A stretch of DNA of 64,000 nucleotides from the IMG/VR virus record IMGVR_UViG_3300045988_089740; one strand, written 5' to 3'. Numbering within the stretch: position 1 is the first letter of the stretch; every line of letters begins with the position of its first letter. Positions 24,487-33,984 of the stretch are shown here, piece after piece. The stretch is from a virus. The notes under the pieces are model-generated. The model was not told where the DNA came from and did not search any database. It was given only the letters and a program-made list of their open reading frames with translations. The position numbers were made by a program, and so were the translations under genes.

Positions 24487-25146
24487 ATGACAAGAGAACA
24501 GGCAAAACAGGTACTTATCGGCTTTGGAATCGAGGAACCGTCTGAAGATCAGGTGACTAAATATCTTGATTCTGTTGAAACAGAGACAAAAAAAGTGAAG
24601 GAAAAAAACACTTCTCTGAAAGAAAGAGCTGATAAAGCAGATTCCCTTCAAAAGGAACTGGATGATTTGAAAGCCCAGAATATGACGGATGCCGAAAGGC
24701 AGGAAGCAGAGCGACAGAAGGAAAAAGCAGAAAACGAAAAGAGGATTTCCGACCTGGAAAAAGCACTTGCTGAATCTAACAGGAAAGCACTTTCCAGTGA
24801 GATTACGTCTGCTTTCGCTAATGCGGGCCTTTCTACAGAAACGTATGCAAGCGCTATCAAAGCATTTGCGTCTATGCCAGCAGACAAATCTGAAGACGTA
24901 ATGAAGGAAGTCAAAACTTTTGTTGATGGAATTTCCGAAGCAAATAAAGCGGCTCTGGATAACGCAAAATCTGAATGGGAGAAAGCAGTTCTTAACGATA
25001 CTCCGAATCCAGGTGGCGGAAATTCAGACAAGGGACAGAAAAAAGATGATAACGATAGTCCAGCAGCTAAGTACGCAAAAGCTTACTCAGCACGCATGAA
25101 CCCCAAAACAGAACCGGCAGACGATAACGCACCGGTTAATTTTTAA
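24487..25146 (+). CDS. scaffolding protein (GP20-like)
   Basis: SD AAAGGAG; E/K-rich coiled coil, position between portal and capsid. Confidence 0.65.
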   Translation: MTREQAKQVLIGFGIEEPSEDQVTKYLDSVETETKKVKEKNTSLKERADKADSLQKELDDLKAQNMTDAERQEAERQKEKAENEKRISDLEKALAESNRKALSSEITSAFANAGLSTETYASAIKAFASMPADKSEDVMKEVKTFVDGISEANKAALDNAKSEWEKAVLNDTPNPGGGNSDKGQKKDDNDSPAAKYAKAYSARMNPKTEPADDNAPVNF

Positions 25147-25168
25147 GTAAGTAAAGGAGATTTAGATT

Positions 25169-25513
25169 ATGGCTTTTATGAAAACAAAACAGTATGAGTC
25201 AACTCCTAACATTCTCGAATCCGAGGTTGGGCTTGTACTGAAAACTTACACAGCAGACGCAACAAATGCAACGGCAGTAAATGATAAAAAAATCATCAAA
25301 GCAGGTTCCGTGTATCCGACAAATGGGACTGGTGCAAAAGGAATCGTATTTGAAGATGTTGATATGACAGATGATGCTAAAAGACCGATTTCCGTGATTG
25401 TAGCAGGACGTGTCCTTGAGAAAAGACTACCAGTTACAGTCGACGAAACTGCAAAAACAGAGCTTACCGCGCAGGGAATTGTTTTTGTAACCACAACAGA
25501 CCCAGTATTTTAA
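25169..25513 (+). CDS. capsid-associated (decoration-like) protein
   Basis: Small beta-rich protein between scaffold and major capsid genes; positional inference. Confidence 0.4.
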   Translation: MAFMKTKQYESTPNILESEVGLVLKTYTADATNATAVNDKKIIKAGSVYPTNGTGAKGIVFEDVDMTDDAKRPISVIVAGRVLEKRLPVTVDETAKTELTAQGIVFVTTTDPVF

Positions 25514-25528
25514 GGAGGTATAGCCAAT

Positions 25529-26563
25529 ATGCCATACAATGTATTAGAAGCTATCACAGCAGAAGAAAGATTGAATTTTGCTCAGAATTTTTCTGTGGCA
25601 AGACCTGGTATTCTCGATACCATTTTCCCGGATGTAAAGACACCGTTTTGGAAAGCCGAATATTACAGACTTATGGCTGGACAACGACTGCCGGAGGTAG
25701 CGTTCGTTCATGCACTCGATACTGAAGCAGAGATCGGCTCCAGACCAGGATTTGAGAAAGTTCTGACTGAAAAACTCTTTATCAAGAGGAAAATCAATCA
25801 GTCAGAGCGTCTCCAGGAAGCTATCGAAAATGGTGTTCCGGATGATGAAACTCTTACAAACTTTGTTTTTGACGATGCGACAAACCTGTTTGAAGGTGTT
25901 GTTGGAAGGGCAAACATCATGAAAGGCCAATTCCTTTCAACCGGTATGGTAAAAATTGATGAAAACAATGTGAAAATGAATATCGATTATGGCGTACCAA
26001 GTAATGCAAAGGTTGATCTTACCGACTGGTCCGCAGCAGACGCAGATATCATGGGCGATATTCAGAAGATGGTAACTGTAGCCGAGGATTCTGGATATGT
26101 AGTGACAAATGCAGTCACATCTCTGAAGATGATCAACTATATGAGAAACAACACAGCTATGCAGACGGCTGTTCTGGGAGCTGCGAATAAACGTCTCCTT
26201 ACCAGACAGGAGCTTGCAAATCTGCTCATGCAGGAGTACGGAATCACCATTGGTCGTTGCGATGAGAAATTCTGTTACAGAAAAGCAGACGGAACTCGGT
26301 CAACTGGAAGATACTTTAAGGAGGATGTATTTACTCTTTACGAAGCTGATGCAGGCGGTTCTTTCGGTACTGGACTTTGGGGACCAACACCGGAAGAGAA
26401 TGAATACAGACAGTTCATCCAGGAAGAGAACCGTTCTTTCGTTACTCTTTCCATGTGGGCTACACAGGATCCAGTTGCCGTATGGACAAAAGCATCCGGT
26501 ATGTTCATCCCGGTAGCACCGAAAGCCAACGGCGGTATCGTTATCGGTACAAAGGGGGAATAA
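25529..26563 (+). CDS. major capsid protein (protein E-like family)
   Basis: 344 aa, position and overall pattern of E-like capsid proteins; SD AAGGAGG. Confidence 0.75.
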   Translation: MPYNVLEAITAEERLNFAQNFSVARPGILDTIFPDVKTPFWKAEYYRLMAGQRLPEVAFVHALDTEAEIGSRPGFEKVLTEKLFIKRKINQSERLQEAIENGVPDDETLTNFVFDDATNLFEGVVGRANIMKGQFLSTGMVKIDENNVKMNIDYGVPSNAKVDLTDWSAADADIMGDIQKMVTVAEDSGYVVTNAVTSLKMINYMRNNTAMQTAVLGAANKRLLTRQELANLLMQEYGITIGRCDEKFCYRKADGTRSTGRYFKEDVFTLYEADAGGSFGTGLWGPTPEENEYRQFIQEENRSFVTLSMWATQDPVAVWTKASGMFIPVAPKANGGIVIGTKGE

Positions 26564-26751
26564 GCGGGCATAGCCTTGATGAAAACAGCCAGTCACCGTC
26601 TGTAGCTAGTGTTACACATAAGTATACAGAAAGCGAGCTGTCCAGTATGACAGTGGCTCAACTGAGACAGCTTGCAAGTGACAATGGTTATGCCCTGACT
26701 TCCACAAACAAGGCTGGTATCATATCAGAGATTATAGCACAGCAAGGGTAG
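26551..26751 (+). CDS. candidate -1 frameshift extension of capsid protein (HeH/Rho-N-like tail)
   Basis: Slippery A_AAG_GGG 26551-26557 in capsid frame; -1 frame open to TAG 26749-26751; ..MTVAQLRQLASDNGYALTSTNKAGIISEI resembles HeH/Rho-N motif; no SD or ATG for an independent gene before 26647. Confidence 0.4.
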   Translation, partial: KGGISGHSLDENSQSPSVASVTHKYTESELSSMTVAQLRQLASDNGYALTSTNKAGIISEIIAQQG

Positions 26752-26761
26752 GTGAAATGGC

Positions 26762-27085
26762 ATGGACGAACAGCTTACAAGTGATCTAGCAATGTATCTG
26801 GAAGGTGATGAACAGACTGCAAGGATGATTCCTTTGGCAGTCAAAAGAGCTATTCGGTCATTCCAGAAAAAACGCAATTATCCTGAGAGTTATACGGAAG
26901 AAAACATCAATAAAGATATGGACAAATGCTATGATTGTATTTTCGATTTGGCTCTTTATTTTCTTGTGAAACAGGGAGTTGAGTTTGAAACATCTCATTC
27001 GGAAAATTCTGTAAATGCAGGATGGAACTCCGAAACAGAGATATTTGTCAATCATGGCGTTTTTCCATTTGCCAGAGGAATCTGA
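26762..27085 (+). CDS. head-tail connector (gp6-like) protein
   Basis: ~107 aa directly after capsid gene; positional and size inference. Confidence 0.45.
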   Translation: MDEQLTSDLAMYLEGDEQTARMIPLAVKRAIRSFQKKRNYPESYTEENINKDMDKCYDCIFDLALYFLVKQGVEFETSHSENSVNAGWNSETEIFVNHGVFPFARGI

Positions 27086-27197
27086 CAAGAAAAGTCGGTT
27101 GAGAACGTGGCACATTTCCTCCCGTGTGCCGCAGGGATGTTCTATTATGAGGTGGGAAAGAACATATAGTACAAAATGGGAGTGAAGGAGAGCAGCG

Positions 27198-27509
27198 ATG
27201 GGATGTGAACAGAATTGCTTTAACGAACACCGCTTAGAAGAATTGGAAAAAGTTGTTCACGAAATGAAAGAGAAACATTCTAAACGTGACGGAATTTTTT
27301 TTGAACGTATCAATGCGCTTGAGACCAAAATCGTTCTTTACAACAATAATCTCGGACACATAAAAAAAACGGTAGATGAAATGAATGATAATTTAAAATC
27401 CCTTATGGAAGCCCCGGCAAAACGCTACGATACGATTGTTGTTTGCGTTATCACAGCAGTAATCGGGGCTATTGTAGGGTTTGCGTTAAGCGGTATTTTT
27501 CCGGTATAA
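27198..27509 (+). CDS. XhlA-like (haemolysin XhlA family) membrane protein
   Basis: N-terminal coiled coil (LEELEKVVHEMKEK..) and C-terminal TM IVVCVITAVIGAIVGFALSGIF, typical XhlA architecture. Confidence 0.5.
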   Translation: MGCEQNCFNEHRLEELEKVVHEMKEKHSKRDGIFFERINALETKIVLYNNNLGHIKKTVDEMNDNLKSLMEAPAKRYDTIVVCVITAVIGAIVGFALSGIFPV

Positions 27510-27547
27510 CAAGCAATTCCACTTGTAAGGGAGGATGGTGGAATTAT

Positions 27548-27802
27548 ATGAATTATACAGACTTTTCAGAAGATGAAAGAAAGTTTTATCTAAGTGAATC
27601 CGGGTTTGATTCCCGAGAAAAAGAGTTTTTCCGGTTGAGAGTTTATGAGGAAAAGACGTTGTTTGAAACAGCAGAGATTATGGGGTATAGTCCTAGAACC
27701 ATTGACCGTATAAACCGAAAAGTAAAAAAGAAGATTGTTAAAGTTGCCCCGATGTACTATCGGGGCTTTTCTTTGTATCATGGCGAAAACATGGCGAAAT
27801 AG
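27548..27802 (+). CDS. small sigma-70 region-4 / LuxR-type HTH protein
   Basis: SD GGGAGGATGGTGG; REKEFFRLRVYEEKTLFETAEIMGYSPRTIDRINRKVKKKI. Confidence 0.5.
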   Translation: MNYTDFSEDERKFYLSESGFDSREKEFFRLRVYEEKTLFETAEIMGYSPRTIDRINRKVKKKIVKVAPMYYRGFSLYHGENMAK

Positions 27803-27878
27803 TGTCGTTTAAATACTTAAGTTTCTCCCCTATAATATAAGTATAGAGAAAAGCTTACAGAGATGGGAGGAACACACT

Positions 27879-28379
27879 ATGGCATTTTATCCATATTATC
27901 CACAACCATTGAACCCATATCCACAAACACCGGTACAACCGTATCAAGATAGATTGGCACAGTTGCAGAACAACTACCAACAGGCAATGCCTTATGGACA
28001 GACACAAATACAACAACCGGTACAACAGATGCCACAGGTTGCCATGCTTCCGGGACAGATGGTTGATGGTATTGACACTGTAAAAGCAAAGGATGTGGAT
28101 ATGACCGGGAATCCTGTCTATTATCCAAAAACAGATGGTACAGAAATATATAAAAAGCAACTACAGGCAGACGGAAAAAGCAGAATTTTTGTTTACCGGA
28201 TTATTGATCCAGACGAACAGCAGCAACCAAAGCCCGAAGAAAAACCGATTGACATAGAAGCTATGTTTAATCAGCTGCGGAACGATGTTTGTTCTGAGAT
28301 TTCTGAAATAAAGAGCATGTTCCCAACGCAGATGCCGGGAACACCGGAACCCAAACAGAATGGAGGGAAACAGAGATGA
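27879..28379 (+). CDS. Gln/Pro/Tyr-rich low-complexity protein
   Basis: Promoter TTTAAA 27808-27813 /17/ TATAAT 27831-27836; MAFYPYYPQPLNPYPQTPVQPYQ... Confidence 0.55.
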   Translation: MAFYPYYPQPLNPYPQTPVQPYQDRLAQLQNNYQQAMPYGQTQIQQPVQQMPQVAMLPGQMVDGIDTVKAKDVDMTGNPVYYPKTDGTEIYKKQLQADGKSRIFVYRIIDPDEQQQPKPEEKPIDIEAMFNQLRNDVCSEISEIKSMFPTQMPGTPEPKQNGGKQR

Positions 28380-28621
28380 GCTTCAACCCAAACGCCATGA
28401 TGAAAATGCAAGTTGAAAGAATGATTTCTCAGAGGTTCGGAAGTGTTGATAACATGATGAACGATATGAGTAAATTTGCAGGAAATAATCCAACATTGAA
28501 AAATGCTTTGGATTTGTATAAAAAAGGTGACACAAACCAGTTACATCAAATACAGCAAAATGTATTTAATGAAAAACACTTATCACCAGACGGAATTATC
28601 CAGAAATTCCTTGGATTATAA
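28376..28621 (+). CDS. hypothetical protein, 81 aa
   Basis: ATGA coupling to upstream gene. Confidence 0.5.
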   Translation: MSFNPNAMMKMQVERMISQRFGSVDNMMNDMSKFAGNNPTLKNALDLYKKGDTNQLHQIQQNVFNEKHLSPDGIIQKFLGL

Positions 28622-28717
28622 CACTTCCCCATGATTGGGTGATTTAAAATCGCTACAATTTGGGATGACAGCCGCGGATGTCTCCTATTGTAAATAATAT
28701 TTAAGGAGACTAAAAAC

Positions 28718-29530
28718 ATGATGAATGGTTCTAATTACAGTCTTAGCGACATTGCAGCTGCTACAGGCTCTAATAACCGTGCCAATGACATGTGGGGCGG
28801 CGATGGTTTTTCACTTATTTGGCTCGTGCTGATCTTCGCAATCTTCGGATGGGGAGGTTTCGGCGGCTGGGGCGGTGGCTTCGGCGGTAATGGTGGAAAT
28901 GGTGCAAACGGTGCCGGTTTCCAAGGATGGGCTACACGTGCCGATATCAATGAGAGCTTTGCTCTTAACGATATCCAGAACGGTATCAGAGGTATTCAGC
29001 AGGGTATCTGCGACAGCACATATGCGCTCAACAATACCATGCAGAGCGGTTTCAACGGCATGAACGTTGGAATGCTTCAGGGCTTCAATGGCGTTCAGCA
29101 GGCAATCAATGCTGATACTGTAGCCGGTATGCAGAATACCAATGCATTACAGTCTCAGTTAGCAAACTGCTGTTGTGAAACCAGGGAAGCTATCCAGGGC
29201 ATCAACTACAACCTGGCTACCAACACTTGTGCTCTTCAGAACACAATGAACAACAACACCAGAGATCTTCTGGAAAATCAGAACAGCAACACGAGAGCAA
29301 TCCTTGATTTCCTGACAAATGATAAGATTGCAACATTACAGGCAGAGAACTCTGACCTGAAACGTGCTGCATCTCAGGATCGCCAGAGTGCACTGCTTAC
29401 AACTGCAATGGCTTCTCAGACACAGCAGCTCATTAATGCAATCAATCCGGCAGCTATCCCGGCATACGTTGTTCCGAATCCAAACACCTACTACGGTGGA
29501 TGCAACGGATACAGCAACGGTTGCTGCTAA
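28718..29530 (+). CDS. TM + Gly/Trp-rich, Asn/Gln-rich, Cys-terminated protein
   Basis: SD AAGGAG; FSLIWLVLIFAIFGW TM, WGGFGGWGGGFGGNGGNGANGAGFQGW, CCC motif, C-terminal GGCNGYSNGCC. Confidence 0.55.
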   Translation: MMNGSNYSLSDIAAATGSNNRANDMWGGDGFSLIWLVLIFAIFGWGGFGGWGGGFGGNGGNGANGAGFQGWATRADINESFALNDIQNGIRGIQQGICDSTYALNNTMQSGFNGMNVGMLQGFNGVQQAINADTVAGMQNTNALQSQLANCCCETREAIQGINYNLATNTCALQNTMNNNTRDLLENQNSNTRAILDFLTNDKIATLQAENSDLKRAASQDRQSALLTTAMASQTQQLINAINPAAIPAYVVPNPNTYYGGCNGYSNGCC

Positions 29531-29607
29531 GTAACTCACCCTTAGAGGTTGACTAATTCTAAGAGGTGGGTTGTGGCTCACCTCTTATTTGATTGAGAGG
29601 TAGAAGT

Positions 29608-30033
29608 ATGAGTTGTAAAAACGTTTGTAAGCTCTGCAATCGTCTTGTGATAAGCCAAGCTGTTGCATTTACTGGTGGTAATCTTGTGATTACACTTCCA
29701 GCAGGTAGTTATAACAATGGTGAAAAATATTGCATTGTGATTGCACAGAGCATACCAGAAACCACTACGATTAACGCTCCGGTGATGATTCAAATAGGAA
29801 CGGGAACAACCCTGTATCCATTACAGAATCGTTGCTGTGCACAGGTTACGGCTTGTGGCGTAAGAACCAGAACGAAGTACGCAACCAGAGTAGCCACAAA
29901 TGCAACCGGTGGAGTGTTCAAGATGTTAGGGAATCCGGCTTGTAGTCCGAGTAACAATTTGACAGCAATTAATGGTACAGCCCCAACAGCAGATACACCT
30001 GTTACACAGGCTGTTAGAAAGGGGGCACTGTAA
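29608..30033 (+). CDS. Cys-rich beta-type protein, 141 aa
   Basis: SD GAGAGG then ATG 29608; MSCKNVCKLCNR.. and RCCAQVTAC. Confidence 0.5.
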   Translation: MSCKNVCKLCNRLVISQAVAFTGGNLVITLPAGSYNNGEKYCIVIAQSIPETTTINAPVMIQIGTGTTLYPLQNRCCAQVTACGVRTRTKYATRVATNATGGVFKMLGNPACSPSNNLTAINGTAPTADTPVTQAVRKGAL

Positions 30034-30659
30034 TGCATAAAGTTGCAATGGAAATGGGAAAATGGGCTATGGAAAAAGCCAAGACACATGGCTTCGATAA
30101 TCTCAGTGCTCAAGACTGGGACGATCTGAAGGACTGCATGGAATCCGTAAAGTGTGCGATTTGTGCAGATAAAGATTACAGAATCGTAGAAGCTATGGAC
30201 GAATGCGAACAGGAAGAGAAGTATCTTGGACGCATGGGATATGACAGGTATCGTTACGCAAACGGCAGATTCGCCCCGAAAGGCAAAGGAAGTCGTATGG
30301 GATATAAACCATATCTGTACATGGAAGATGATGACTGGATGGACGAGTATCTGAACAATCCAGAGTTCGAACGTAATATATACCGCATGGGTTATCATCC
30401 AGACCGTAGTGATATGAGGATGGATGGAATGAACCATAAGCAGTCCAGATACGGTGAAACCTACGACAGATACAGTGAAAATCGCAGGCATTACCACGAT
30501 TCCAATGATACAGAATCCAAGAGAAAAATGGACGAGTCCATGAAAGAGTATACACAAGATGTCATCCGCACGATGTCTGAAATGTGGTCGGATGCAGACG
30601 CGAATCTCAAACAGCAGATAAGAACTGATCTGACCCGTCTGATACAGCAGATGAATTAA
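30033..30659 (+). CDS. Tyr/His/Asp-rich protein with three RMGY repeats
   Basis: TAATG overlap at 30033; LGRMGYDRY, GSRMGYKPY, IYRMGYHPD. Confidence 0.55.
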   Translation: MHKVAMEMGKWAMEKAKTHGFDNLSAQDWDDLKDCMESVKCAICADKDYRIVEAMDECEQEEKYLGRMGYDRYRYANGRFAPKGKGSRMGYKPYLYMEDDDWMDEYLNNPEFERNIYRMGYHPDRSDMRMDGMNHKQSRYGETYDRYSENRRHYHDSNDTESKRKMDESMKEYTQDVIRTMSEMWSDADANLKQQIRTDLTRLIQQMN

Positions 30660-30677
30660 CAAATAAGAATTAAATTT

Positions 30678-30711
30678 AGTCCTTGTTGCAGAAATGTGAC
30701 AGGGACTTTTT
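30678..30711 (+). terminator. intrinsic terminator
   Basis: AGTCCTTGT/ACAGGGACT 9-bp stem (one U-G) + U5. Confidence 0.55.
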
Positions 30712-30728
30712 AATTACGGAGATTGATT

Positions 30729-31055
30729 ATGGAGAAATGCAAAATAAATGTTCTTGGAACGGATTACAGAATTATTCCGAAAGAATTAAAAAATGCAGAT
30801 GTTGATGGTTATACAGACAATACATCAAAAGAAATTGTCATTAGAATAGACAATGCGAATAATGTTGGAGATTTTGATTTCTTACAGAAAAAACAGTTGA
30901 GGCATGAAATTATTCATGCATTCTTGTCGGAAAGCGGATTGCAGTGTAATTGGCAACATACAGAACAGTTCGGACATGACGAAACTACTGTTGACTGGTT
31001 TGCAATTCAATCTCCAAAGATTTTTGAAGTATTCAAAGAGCTTGATTTAATTTGA
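30729..31055 (+). CDS. small HExxH metallopeptidase-like protein
   Basis: RHEIIHAF motif; ATG 30729 after GGAG (track start TTG 30723). Confidence 0.45.
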   Translation: MEKCKINVLGTDYRIIPKELKNADVDGYTDNTSKEIVIRIDNANNVGDFDFLQKKQLRHEIIHAFLSESGLQCNWQHTEQFGHDETTVDWFAIQSPKIFEVFKELDLI

Positions 31056-31073
31056 AAAGGATGGTGATAAACC

Positions 31074-31460
31074 ATGCTAAGACAATTTTACATGAACGGG
31101 GACTTATGGCGAGTTCACTTTGTTTCGCCTCATGATAGTGTTTTGTTTGACCGTACAGGGCAGAGGACACTTGCGGTATCAGATTATTCTACAATGACAA
31201 TTTCGATCGCAAATAATTTGTACGGAGAACTTCTGAACCGTGTGTTTATCCATGAATTAGGGCATTGCGTGATGTTCAGTTACGGCCTATTGCCAGAACT
31301 TCACCGCATGGTTAAGAAACGGTATTGGGTGGATGCAGAGGAATTTGTGTGCAATATGCTTGCCGATTACGGATGCTTTGTAATTGGCGTTGCAAAAGAT
31401 GTTTTAGGAAACCGGTTCACATATGTAGCTCCTGTTGGGGCAGAAAGGATGATTGCATAG
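31074..31460 (+). CDS. small HExxH metallopeptidase-like protein
   Basis: FIHELGHCVMF motif; SD AAGGATGGTG. Confidence 0.45.
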   Translation: MLRQFYMNGDLWRVHFVSPHDSVLFDRTGQRTLAVSDYSTMTISIANNLYGELLNRVFIHELGHCVMFSYGLLPELHRMVKKRYWVDAEEFVCNMLADYGCFVIGVAKDVLGNRFTYVAPVGAERMIA

Positions 31461-31703
31461 ATGGCAAAAGCAGAAAACACAGTTATTTTTGATGGAATCA
31501 AGTACAATCCCGGTGATGAATTGCCAGATTTAGGCAGCTGGGTATGTACAGGGGCAAAAGGCATGGTTCGTGATTACGAAGGCCTGTCAAAGGACGTATC
31601 AAAGCTCCCACATTATGTACAGAGCGGTTCTTCGGCGTTGTGCCTTGATACTTCTGAATTATACGAATATCACAAACCTACCGACACATGGTACAAACTG
31701 TAA
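31461..31703 (+). CDS. hypothetical protein, 80 aa
   Basis: ATG directly after upstream stop. Confidence 0.5.
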   Translation: MAKAENTVIFDGIKYNPGDELPDLGSWVCTGAKGMVRDYEGLSKDVSKLPHYVQSGSSALCLDTSELYEYHKPTDTWYKL

Positions 31704-31714
31704 AGGAGAAACGC

Positions 31715-33337
31715 ATGGCATTAACAGCAAAAAAAGTATATGCAATTTTAAAACGCCAGATTTCTGATATGGAAGCAAAGTTAAACAGCCCTGTAAGGTA
31801 CAGAGGTACAGTCGCAACCGCTGATTTGCTTCCATTAAACCCGGATATCGGAGATATGTACAATATCGAGTCTAAATCTATTTACGGCGAAGCAGGAATG
31901 AATGTGGCATGGAACGGCGTAGTTTGGGACACTATGGGCGCTCCGATTGATATGTCGCTGTATTTCACAAAAGAAGAAGCAGAGGCGGTAATACAAAGAT
32001 TAGTTACGGAATATTTTGAAAAGAATCCGGTCAAGCCCGGAGCCACGGCAGAACAGGTACAGCAGATCGAGCAGAACAAGACAGACATTGCTTCACTGAA
32101 AACGGAAACTGGTTCACTAAAGGAAGATATATCCAACAAAATTACAAAGTTCTATGCATCGAATCAGGGTGAAACTCACATCACTGATTCCGACAATGGA
32201 AAGATTCAAGATATGATGCTGTATGGAAAGAGTGAGCAGAACCAATACAAAGGGATAAATTTACTTCCTACTGGCATTAGTTATGGGGAAATAATAGAAG
32301 TTTCGATTCCAAAAGGAACACGCATTTTTTGGGCTACAGACGGTACACCTGCTATAGGCGGTAATTTCAAGTTCTATAATGAAGATAAAACTCAAGTGAT
32401 GTGGTTCGGAGTTGATGCTGGCAAGACTGCAATGACAATGACAACATATATTGATGCTAAATATATGGAGTTCCTTATTAACGAAACCAGCTTAGTTAAA
32501 ATATGTTTAGGCATTGGAGATGATCCAGTATATGAACCCTACACAGGCGGTCAGCCGTCACCCTCTCCTGATTATCCACAGGAGATTAAGAGTGTGGTGA
32601 ATCCGACAGTGAAGGTGTCAAACGAAGATGGAACAAAATCTCAGACCGTCACTCTCCTAGATACATTGAATGCAATCCCTGTAAGTTCAGGTGGTAACGT
32701 CACAATCGATGGACAGCAGTATGTTGCGGATTATGTGGATGTGGAGCGTGGGAAAATAGTTAGAAACGTTGAAAATGTAACATTTAATGGCGCAGAGAAT
32801 GAAAACTGGGAACTGTGGAATGCGGACAAAGAAAAAATATGGTCATTTATGTTTGTAAATTCATTAAAAACATTTACAAACGAAAGTGTTTCAAAATGCA
32901 ACAGATTTGAGTTTAATGTTAATGAAAGCATTGATAGAACGTTTTGGCTATGTAATCCTAGTGGAATGCCATCATTACAGATTAAAAATAGAATAATTGG
33001 AAAAGACATAACTGCATTTAAATCGTGGTTATCAAACAATCCAATCAACGTAATTTATCCTTTGCGAATACCGATTGAAGAAGAACTTACAGCAGAACAT
33101 GCGCAAGCGTTGAAAGAACTTGCTACTTACTATCCAGTAACGAATATTTCAATTGGTTCAGAACAGCTTGACGGATATACAGTATTCAACTATCCGATTT
33201 CAATGAAAAACGGATGGGATTATGTTAAGAAACAGCTCAATGACAATCGTGATTACATCTATGACATGGATATACAATCAGCAGAAGCCTATGTCAACAG
33301 TGAATATGCAGTAGCATTAACAGAATTGGAGGTATGA
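31715..33337 (+). CDS. tail fibre / receptor-binding-like structural protein
   Basis: SD AAAGGAG then ATG 31715; coiled-coil segment then beta-rich C-terminus; followed by XkdX-like gene. Confidence 0.5.
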   Translation: MALTAKKVYAILKRQISDMEAKLNSPVRYRGTVATADLLPLNPDIGDMYNIESKSIYGEAGMNVAWNGVVWDTMGAPIDMSLYFTKEEAEAVIQRLVTEYFEKNPVKPGATAEQVQQIEQNKTDIASLKTETGSLKEDISNKITKFYASNQGETHITDSDNGKIQDMMLYGKSEQNQYKGINLLPTGISYGEIIEVSIPKGTRIFWATDGTPAIGGNFKFYNEDKTQVMWFGVDAGKTAMTMTTYIDAKYMEFLINETSLVKICLGIGDDPVYEPYTGGQPSPSPDYPQEIKSVVNPTVKVSNEDGTKSQTVTLLDTLNAIPVSSGGNVTIDGQQYVADYVDVERGKIVRNVENVTFNGAENENWELWNADKEKIWSFMFVNSLKTFTNESVSKCNRFEFNVNESIDRTFWLCNPSGMPSLQIKNRIIGKDITAFKSWLSNNPINVIYPLRIPIEEELTAEHAQALKELATYYPVTNISIGSEQLDGYTVFNYPISMKNGWDYVKKQLNDNRDYIYDMDIQSAEAYVNSEYAVALTELEV

Positions 33338-33339
33338 TT

Positions 33340-33504
33340 ATGTTATATAGAACATTACTGAAACTTAAAGAAAGAAATGGACTTACAGATGATTTAAAGA
33401 ATAAGATTGATATTTTCTTTGCAACTGGCAGGATTACCGAGGAACAGTATAATGAGCTGATGGATGTTAATAAGGAAGAAGAACCGAAAGCAGAAAATAA
33501 TTAA
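33340..33504 (+). CDS. XkdX-like small protein
   Basis: 54 aa; ..IDIFFATGRITEEQYNELM matches XkdX pattern (G.IT.E.Y..l); below ORF-track cut-off. Confidence 0.45.
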   Translation: MLYRTLLKLKERNGLTDDLKNKIDIFFATGRITEEQYNELMDVNKEEEPKAENN

Positions 33505-33796
33505 CTAAAGCAGATGGCTCTGGCAATAGCAATAGATATAAGGAAATCCCTGTATTTACAAGGGTTTACGGCTCATGGACTTTTGGGACGAAAGCTTTAG
33601 TGAATTAATTTTAAGCAAAAATCGAATAAAAGATACCCATTTCACATGGGGCGTGTTATAATAAACACAACACAATAAAAAGGGAGCTGAACTCCCACCT
33701 ACCAAGTAAAAAGTTCAGCTCCAAGCACCACGAAGGGTACGGGTATATTATAGCACAGTACCTTCCCTTTGTGAACCCAAAAGGAGGGTATTTTTT

Positions 33797-33943
33797 ATGA
33801 GAGAACAGTTTATTGACGGGTTCATGGCAGAGCTGAACGGAGAAGTGCCAGATGAATATTTGCGAAAAATCACAAAAGAAAAAGTTGAAAATATGAAGGT
33901 TTTAACAGATGCTGAAAAACAGTATATTTTAAGAAGTGAATAA
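33797..33943 (+). CDS. 48-aa hypothetical protein
   Basis: SD AAAGGAGGG then ATG 33797; preceded by TGtTATAAT promoter 33654-33662 and two leader hairpins. Confidence 0.4.
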   Translation: MREQFIDGFMAELNGEVPDEYLRKITKEKVENMKVLTDAEKQYILRSE

Positions 33944-33984
33944 AAAAAGAAGGGGAGTTTTCTCTCTCCCTTCTTTAGTACGGA

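Noticed and set aside
29790-30662. 290-aa minus-strand ORF, the longest in this area
   Set aside because: It lies antisense to two well-supported, translationally coupled plus-strand genes. It has a hydrophobic, low-information composition and no SD.
31715-33337. Diversity-generating retroelement targeting the fibre gene
   Set aside because: There is no reverse transcriptase gene and no template/variable repeat pair in the window.
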